From Bacteroidales bacterium (GTDB lineage: Bacteria > Bacteroidota > Bacteroidia > Bacteroidales > JBDKHP01), in contig CBDDLB010000006.1 in the NCBI GenBank assembly GCA_965230435.1, positions 1,628,742 through 1,660,741 of the forward strand: a stretch of 32,000 nt of DNA, written 5' to 3'. The translations under genes were made by a program, and so were the position numbers. A model generated the notes under the pieces. It was given only the letters and a program-made list of their open reading frames with translations, did no database searches and was not told the DNA's origin. Shown piece by piece: positions 26,277 through 32,000 of this stretch. How positions within the stretch are numbered: position 1 is the stretch's first letter; each line of letters opens with the position of its first letter.

Positions 26277-26352
26277 GCATATCAAAAAAAATAACTATCC
26301 ATTCGTTCCACTGCGACGGCCAAATCCTCACGTACGAAAAGTACGCTCCGGT

Positions 26353-26390
26353 TTAGCCGCCTTGTGCGCCTTTGGCTAATTATTTTTTTT
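26353..26390 (+). terminator. terminator after purU
   Basis: TTAGCC (26353-26358) pairs with GGCTAA (26374-26379), followed by TTATTTTTTTT. A GC-rich nested hairpin region (26300-26352) precedes it. Confidence 0.55.
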
Positions 26391-26538
26391 AACACGCCTT
26401 AATTGGTCATTGGTTTATTGGTCACTAGTCATTGGCTTTTTTCTGCTTTTAGGCTATATTAGTAGGGTGGCTTCTGTTATTCCTTTTCAGGAGTTGCTTT
26501 CTGCTACTTGAGTCCTAATCATTTTAAATTGTTGATGC

Positions 26539-27348
26539 ATGAAAAAGTTTGTCCTCGTTCTGCTGCAATTTATTTTCGTGAATTCGGTACTGCTGCTCAC
26601 TTTTCTTTACTATGATTCGTTGCCCCGCTTTGTCACTGCTATTTTTTTCTATTTCGTTTTCCCTGTTCTGTTTTGGATTCCAGTGAAACATATTCTTAGC
26701 AAAGTGGATTCCTTTTTCTTTGAAGACGAAGATATTATGCCCGGTATAGTTACGGCTATAACAATCTGGATTGCATCGATAATTGGCACTGTGACTTCTG
26801 TTCAGGATTATTTTCTTCTGTGGCAACGAGGCGAGATTAAAGTGAAAAACATAGAAGATGTTCCGCTTTCGAGCAGAGCTGCATATATCGAGATTGAAAA
26901 CGTAATTTTGCAAGTTGATCTAGTTGGAGTAAACGACTACTCTGGCAGAACAAAATCTGGGGATTACTATACAAATACCACTTATCACTACAGAAGTTTA
27001 CCTGTGGCTACTTACCCTCCCGGCCCTAGAACTTTCTTTATTGGTTTTCACCGAACGAATGACCGAGAAGGAATTGAAGAAGAAATAAGAAGATATACGA
27101 AAGACATAAAACGTACAATAAAAGGCTTAATTGTACGTGATCCGTACACCATTGCCCAGTACGACCATGCTATTCTGGAAAGCCAAGAGAGAAACAAATT
27201 CGAAACTGCTGACAATTATTTCATTATTGAACCCCGCAAAAGTTTTGATCTGATTTTGAAGAAATATGAAGGCTATGCCATTTGGTTTTTCTCTATTGTT
27301 AATATTCTGTGGTTTGTTTTGCCTTCGGTTTGGATCGTTCGGATGTAG
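26539..27348 (+). CDS. hypothetical membrane protein (3 N-terminal TM helices, about 150-aa soluble domain, C-terminal TM helix)
   Basis: 269 aa. Hydrophobic segments occur at the N-terminus and at IWFFSIVNILWFVLPSVWIV. No family recognised. Confidence 0.55.
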   Translation: MKKFVLVLLQFIFVNSVLLLTFLYYDSLPRFVTAIFFYFVFPVLFWIPVKHILSKVDSFFFEDEDIMPGIVTAITIWIASIIGTVTSVQDYFLLWQRGEIKVKNIEDVPLSSRAAYIEIENVILQVDLVGVNDYSGRTKSGDYYTNTTYHYRSLPVATYPPGPRTFFIGFHRTNDREGIEEEIRRYTKDIKRTIKGLIVRDPYTIAQYDHAILESQERNKFETADNYFIIEPRKSFDLILKKYEGYAIWFFSIVNILWFVLPSVWIVRM

Positions 27349-27364
27349 AGGACTCCGCAAACAT

Positions 27365-27395
27365 AAAAAAGAGCAGAATATATTACTCTGCTCTT
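27365..27395. terminator. hairpin between convergent genes (T tract on the minus strand)
   Basis: AAGAGCAGA (27369-27377) pairs with TCTGCTCTT (27387-27395). The A6 run upstream gives a U tract for minus-strand transcripts. Confidence 0.55.
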
Positions 27396-27547
27396 ATAGA
27401 TTAAGATCTTGAAATGTTATTAAAAGCGGCTCTATAAAATGGTAAAAACCATTCCTTTGTTACATTCTGCATTGATTGTCTATAAGAAAGCATACTCAAG
27501 GTCAAAGCCTCAAATGTACCCCTACCTAGCTTATTTTTCGATCTCAC

Positions 27548-27937
27548 TTAAGAAGTGGAAATCCAATTAATAGCATCCTCCATATTATTGAAAGGTTTCA
27601 CTACCCCCTCTCCTGTCTGCTTCGTAAAGTCGTCTATTCCTAATTTGTCAACGTTTTCGTCCAATGTTACAAACGCAAACCGCTGCAAGCCTTTATCCAT
27701 AAGCTGAGGCATTACAGATGCTGCATAATTTGAACTAATTGAATCGACTGTAGATTGAGAACGCGTATCTGAAATAATCGCTTTGAAATCCCTGTTCATA
27801 CAAATCTCTACAGTTTCATCTATAACATGCTTAAAATCTTCGAATTTCGCATATTCATTGCTCCATTCTTGCAATACATAATGTTTCTCGTCGTCGTACT
27901 GGATCGTTACGAAATTGTTGTGCAATAATGTTTCCAT
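27548..27937 (-). CDS. small STAS/SpoIIAA-like domain protein (hypothetical)
   Basis: The track ORF starts at GTG 27982, but the ATG at 27937 (METLLHNNFVTIQYDD...) is more plausible. The overall pattern (FVTIQYDDEKHYVLQEW ... ISDTR ... FAFV ... EDAINWI) resembles STAS/SEC14-like (DUF3478-type) proteins. Recognition is from memory only. Confidence 0.4.
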   Translation of the reverse strand: METLLHNNFVTIQYDDEKHYVLQEWSNEYAKFEDFKHVIDETVEICMNRDFKAIISDTRSQSTVDSISSNYAASVMPQLMDKGLQRFAFVTLDENVDKLGIDDFTKQTGEGVVKPFNNMEDAINWISTS

Positions 27938-28157
27938 AAGACTATCTGTTTGTGAATAATGATTTATCAACCTATCTAACACATCAGAATCTACAACATT
28001 AAAAGTTTTAACATTGATAAATGAAAAGAAAAACTTATAATTTGCTGTTTAAATTTACGAAATAACATTATTAAGATCAATACTAAATTGATAAGAGAGA
28101 AGGTTTTAGCAAAAATGAGAGTATTTAGGATAAACATCGTTTCTGGATAAAAATCAC

Positions 28158-29270
28158 TTACTTTCTTCTTACTATTTCTTTCTCTAGTTCATCAACCCTT
28201 TTCAATAACGATTTTAAAACTTCATTTTCCTTCTTTAGATTCTTTATTTCTTTTCCTTGTTCAATAGTGTAAAGGGTTAGTTCTTCTATTTTTTGAAGAA
28301 GCTTAGAATCCATCTTGGGCAGATCAAGTCCTTGTTTTTGTAATTCCTCCTCTGATGGTATATCAGGCAAATGTTTATTGGCTAATATGAATTCTTCAAC
28401 TTCTTCTAAACTTGTTAGTTTGTAATCTTCGTCGAACACAAAATCTGACCAAGGTGGAGTTATTGCACTAAAAGTCTGTGCACTGACTGTACCATTCTGA
28501 TAAAATATAATCTTATTTGCATCACGTCCCATTGGCCTGAATTCCAAATAATCATTATTCCCAAATTGCGCGATATCCCAAAAATTGGCATCACTTCCCT
28601 TAAGCCTTAAAAAAGTCCAATCTGAAGAATTTGTATTTTCAATATAAATATTCGCCCTACTATCCCTTATATGCAGATCTGCATCAGCCACAGGAACAGT
28701 TTTTAGCCCTAAACTTCCGTTCTGTTTCAGAATCATCCTATTTACATTACGCCCCATTGGTCTGAATTCCAGATAATCATTATTCCCAAATTGCGCGATA
28801 TCCCAAAGATTGGCATCACTTCCCTTAAGCCTTAAAAAAGCCCAATTGGAAGGATTTGTATTTTCAATATAAATATTCGCCCTACTATCCCTTATATGCA
28901 GATCTGCATCAGCCACAGGAATAGTTTTTAACCCTAAACTTCCGTCCTGTTTCAAAATCAACCTATTAGAACTACTGCCCTTTGGTCTAAATTCTAGATA
29001 ATCATTATTTCCATACTGTGCAATATCCCAAAAATTAGCATCGCTTCCCTTAAGTCTAAGAAAAGCCCAATTAGAAGTGCCGGTATTCTCAATAAAAAGA
29101 TTAGCTCTGCTATCTTTTATGTGTACATCAGCGTCTGGATTTGGTGAATTAGTCTTTATTCCTATGTTATTGTTAGGCATTTCTTTCACCTCTATCTTCG
29201 GAGCATAGAACTGCCCAAATGATAGATTTGCTATAAACAGCACAGTTGTGATTAGTAAAAGTCTCTCCAT
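28158..29270 (-). CDS. secreted repeat protein with Bacteroidota tail-fibre-like C-terminal module and coiled coil
   Basis: 370 aa. Signal peptide MERLLLITTVLFIANLSFGQ, then three 75-aa tandem repeats. The C-terminal region reads SDFVFDEDYKLTSLEEVEEFILANKHLPDIPS...LLQKIEELTLYTIEQ, followed by a heptad-rich tail. Confidence 0.7.
   Translation of the reverse strand: MERLLLITTVLFIANLSFGQFYAPKIEVKEMPNNNIGIKTNSPNPDADVHIKDSRANLFIENTGTSNWAFLRLKGSDANFWDIAQYGNNDYLEFRPKGSSSNRLILKQDGSLGLKTIPVADADLHIRDSRANIYIENTNPSNWAFLRLKGSDANLWDIAQFGNNDYLEFRPMGRNVNRMILKQNGSLGLKTVPVADADLHIRDSRANIYIENTNSSDWTFLRLKGSDANFWDIAQFGNNDYLEFRPMGRDANKIIFYQNGTVSAQTFSAITPPWSDFVFDEDYKLTSLEEVEEFILANKHLPDIPSEEELQKQGLDLPKMDSKLLQKIEELTLYTIEQGKEIKNLKKENEVLKSLLKRVDELEKEIVRRK
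28470..29144 (-). repeat. 3 x 225-nt in-frame tandem repeat inside the CDS
   Basis: Units are at 28470-28694, 28695-28919 and 28920-29144. Units 2 and 3 share a 67-nt stretch of 100 percent identity (28629-28695 equals 28854-28920). Unit 1 is clearly more diverged. Confidence 0.9.
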
Positions 29271-29703
29271 TGTATTGATTTTTGAGTTACGTTTATTGTG
29301 AGTTTTGTGATTAGTCCTTGTGTATATGTTTCTCTCTCAGAAAAGGAGCGTAAATAATTAATGCTGAATTTCCTTATACGGAAATCGACTGAAAAAGCAA
29401 GAAAGCCCCAAACGGTAAAGCTCTTCAGTATTGTTTTCTTATCCATAAAAGGTTGAGATCATTATAGGTTGAAATAGATTTTGATCTAATTTATAGGTAC
29501 TTCAACAATGGGATAAGTAACTGGGTTTAATTTCTTAATAAATTGAATAGGTTCGTTTTAGTCTATATTAACCCTGCTAAGAATTGAAGCTCGAAAATAT
29601 AAAATCTATTGCCTATAACTATGCACTTCCCCTAGAAAATAGAAACAAAAAGCCCACCCCAGAAAAACCAAGGTGGGCAAAACAAAAAAATCAAAATATC
29701 ATT

Positions 29704-32000
29704 CTACCAAAAGCCCCACGCATTGGAAATACCTTTTTTGCCTCCGTAGAATATTATGTTCAGGTCAGGCAAGGCAGCTTTTAGTTTATCAATACGTTTT
29801 TGAGTTACAAAAGTGTTGTAGCACTTCAGTACTTTTAGTGTTTTTAATCCATGCAAAGGAGTAAGATTCTTAATAGCTGAATTGAAAGCCTCAAGCTCTT
29901 CAATAGCGCCCAAAGATGCCAATGCATCCAACTTCTTAACCTGCGTTCCATTTACTTTCACAACTGAAAGACGTCGCAAACCTCCAAGAGGAGTAATATC
30001 TGTGACTCCTGTGTTACTTACATCGATATACTTCAAATTTCCTAAACCTGCAATATGAGCTAGACTAGTTACAGGACTCTGTGTCAGTGTAAGCTTTTCG
30101 AGTGTTTTAAGCCCTTTAAGCGGACTAAGATTATTCACTTGAGTATCGTTGATTCGAAGTTCTTTGATGTTACGCATTTCTTTCAACGGACTTAGGTCTG
30201 CAAGCTGTACGTTCGACTCAATCTCTACTTTTTCGAGGTTTATAAGTTTGTGCAACTGCTCTGGTGTAGGCTGTTCGTCGAGCTTCACGTATTTGGCAAA
30301 CACTTCTCTCCACAGTGGATTAAGTCCTTTGTACCAAGTCTTCAGGTGAGGTGTTTTATAGATGATATTCACATCTTTACGAGCCTTCACGAATGCATCT
30401 TTATCCGTAACACCATTTCCATCGGCATAAACTGTTTTAATGGAAGGCAATGCTACAAGTGCCGACAAGTCTTTCACCTGCGTATTTTCTACATTTAGCC
30501 AAGCTAAATTAAGCAGGCCAGAAAGAGGTTTCAGATCAGCAACTTTAGTTTTCTTGATATCCAATGTTTTCAGTTTATTCAGTTCCTTCAGAGCAGCGAT
30601 GTTGGCAATTGGTGTATTTGCTGCACGAAGTTCCTGTAAGTCGGCAAGATCCTGCAATGGTGTAATATCGGCAATTTGAGTTCCTTCAATGTTCAATTTC
30701 TCAAGGCGTGTCAACATTTTCACAGCCGAAATATCCGTTAGTCCTTTTACCTCTGTCAAATCCAGCTCTTTGATTGCGGTGATGGCATGCAAGTGCTCCA
30801 CAGTAGGGTTTGCAGGAATCATTGCCGTTTTCTGAACATATGCTTTGATCATTTCAGGCAGCCCTTTCCACCAGTCCAGCATAGCATCGGAGTTGTGAAC
30901 CACTATGGTACTTGGGTTTTCATCAACAAATTTTCGGATAGAAGCCTTGTCGATTTTTGTTTTATCGCAATATATGTGCTTCAATTTTTTACCCGAGAGT
31001 GGCCTGATGCTGGTTACCCCTGTGTTGTTCATGTAAACATTCTTCAGTTCTGGCATATAGGCCAAAGGCTGAATATCGCGTATTTTACTTTTACTGATAT
31101 CAATCACCTCAATTTTACGCAACGAACCAATTGGGCTAAGGCTTGCCACAGGACTCTCCACAACCTTAAGGTACTTCAGTTCCTGCATTCCGGCTAGTGG
31201 TGAGATATCGGTCGTCTGCATCCTGTTCAGCACTAGATCTTCAATGTTTATAAGATCGGTTAAAGGAGCAAGATCCTTGATAGGAGTACCCGAAATATCC
31301 AACATTTTAAGTCCTACAAAGTTCACAACATCAGTTAACGAATCCAACTTAGTGTCTGCCAAGTTCAACTCCCTAAGGTGAATAGCATATCGTAGCGGCG
31401 TAATAGAAGATATAGATGTTTTTGATAGATTAACCTGCTCAAGTGTAAGTATATTACGCAACGGCATAAGGTCTGCAACAGCCGTTCCCGAAACATCAAT
31501 CTTCTTAAGCTTGAGCAACTTTGCAGCTGGCTCGAGATCTTTTATAGAAGTATCGTTTGCCAGCACAAGTTCTTCTGTTGCAGCAATGGACTTAAGCTGA
31601 GTATCAGAAATTGAATCGACAATATTCATATTTTTGGTCAGTAACACCTGCCAAGCTGTAGGCATTGCGTTCCACCAGTTACGCAGCTCTTCTTTCTGGT
31701 TGATTTTTGTGGTGTAAACACTAGCAATCTTCAACTCGTCCTTGGCACGGTCGATATTGATTTCTATGTAACGTAGTTTTGTGTTCTTTACCTGCTCATT
31801 GTCTTTTACAGAAAGCCCTTCCAAAGTACGGTTCACGGTAACTTTCACATATGGTTCTCCTTTGTCGTTTTCGAGAAGTTCTGTGCGAGTTACTTCGTGA
31901 GTGAACTTTACATTTTTGTAGAAAAAGTCAATATCGCGCAGATAAGCCTGTATATCTTTAAAAATAGGCACTTTACGCTCTTCGTCAAGATCATCTTCTA
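29704..32000 (-). CDS. large leucine-rich repeat (internalin-like LRR) protein, N-terminus outside window
   Basis: The frame stays open to the window edge; the GTG at 31971 is only the track's first start-like codon. There are dozens of about 22-residue LxxLxxLxLxxTxIxDIxPL repeats. They fall in three blocks, each preceded by a W(W/Y)xxLPxxW cap segment. Confidence 0.85.
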   Translation of the reverse strand, partial: EDDLDEERKVPIFKDIQAYLRDIDFFYKNVKFTHEVTRTELLENDKGEPYVKVTVNRTLEGLSVKDNEQVKNTKLRYIEINIDRAKDELKIASVYTTKINQKEELRNWWNAMPTAWQVLLTKNMNIVDSISDTQLKSIAATEELVLANDTSIKDLEPAAKLLKLKKIDVSGTAVADLMPLRNILTLEQVNLSKTSISSITPLRYAIHLRELNLADTKLDSLTDVVNFVGLKMLDISGTPIKDLAPLTDLINIEDLVLNRMQTTDISPLAGMQELKYLKVVESPVASLSPIGSLRKIEVIDISKSKIRDIQPLAYMPELKNVYMNNTGVTSIRPLSGKKLKHIYCDKTKIDKASIRKFVDENPSTIVVHNSDAMLDWWKGLPEMIKAYVQKTAMIPANPTVEHLHAITAIKELDLTEVKGLTDISAVKMLTRLEKLNIEGTQIADITPLQDLADLQELRAANTPIANIAALKELNKLKTLDIKKTKVADLKPLSGLLNLAWLNVENTQVKDLSALVALPSIKTVYADGNGVTDKDAFVKARKDVNIIYKTPHLKTWYKGLNPLWREVFAKYVKLDEQPTPEQLHKLINLEKVEIESNVQLADLSPLKEMRNIKELRINDTQVNNLSPLKGLKTLEKLTLTQSPVTSLAHIAGLGNLKYIDVSNTGVTDITPLGGLRRLSVVKVNGTQVKKLDALASLGAIEELEAFNSAIKNLTPLHGLKTLKVLKCYNTFVTQKRIDKLKAALPDLNIIFYGGKKGISNAWGFW

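Noticed and set aside
25413-26285. A 290-aa ORF on the minus strand spanning the whole of purU.
   Set aside because: Its translation is R/K/I/L/N-rich low-complexity sequence with no recognisable motifs. The plus-strand frame encodes an unmistakable PurU. The antisense frame stays open as a by-product of the depletion of A-ending sense codons, which produces few TTA/CTA/TCA triplets.
22846-26381. The idea that the two GC-rich patches are inverted terminal repeats of a mobile unit carrying ilvA, the hypothetical gene and purU.
   Set aside because: Only two 8-mers (AATTAGCC and AGTGGAAC) are shared, and at different spacings (43 nt between their start positions in one patch, 69 nt in the other). 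There are no target-site duplications and no transposase. The similarity is too weak and was found post hoc.
29252-29864. Small ORFs from the track: 29252-29446 on the minus strand, and 29584-29784 and 29673-29864 on the plus strand.
   Set aside because: They overlap the start of the repeat-protein gene or the 3' end of the LRR gene, or lie in its promoter region. They have low-complexity or odd composition and no supporting signals.

Overview
The window is a chromosomal segment from an AT-rich, Bacteroidota-type genome. This is inferred from TTTG-N19/20-TAnnTTTG promoter motifs, protein families typical of the phylum and lipoprotein or secreted surface proteins. No tRNA, rRNA, CRISPR array, transposase or phage gene was seen.

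**1-15 kb, housekeeping genes:** leuB 3' end, a 3'-5' exonuclease-domain protein, a thioredoxin-fold lipoprotein, an SRPBCC protein, a small DUF2185 protein, uvrB, an M23 peptidase, a small membrane protein, a 1088-aa hybrid sensor kinase, xerD and an NRDE-family protein.

**15.2-26.3 kb, branched-chain amino-acid cluster with unusual organisation:** the order is leader peptide/attenuator, ilvD, ilvB-ilvN copy 1, ilvB-ilvN copy 2, ilvA, a hypothetical gene, then purU. The genes are separated by long, highly structured spacers.

**26.5-32 kb, accessory-looking genes:** an unknown membrane protein, a STAS-like protein, a secreted protein with three 225-nt tandem repeats, and a large three-block LRR protein that runs off the window.

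I could not identify a defined novel multi-gene system such as a defence island or toxin module. The best-supported signals are regulatory or evolutionary, and all sit in the ilv cluster:
- An unannotated Ile/Val/Leu-rich leader ORF with a textbook terminator/antiterminator upstream of ilvD.
- A second, diverged AHAS pair whose large subunit has Leu in place of the specificity and herbicide-site Trp.
- A 27-nt motif conserved in both ilvB-ilvN spacers, with a third related copy nearby.
- A GC-rich, multi-helix element plus terminator directly upstream of ilvA.
- An abrupt shift to G/T-ending codons across ilvB2, ilvN2, ilvA and purU.

All structural and functional calls were made by eye from the sequence and from memory of protein families. 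No searches were run.
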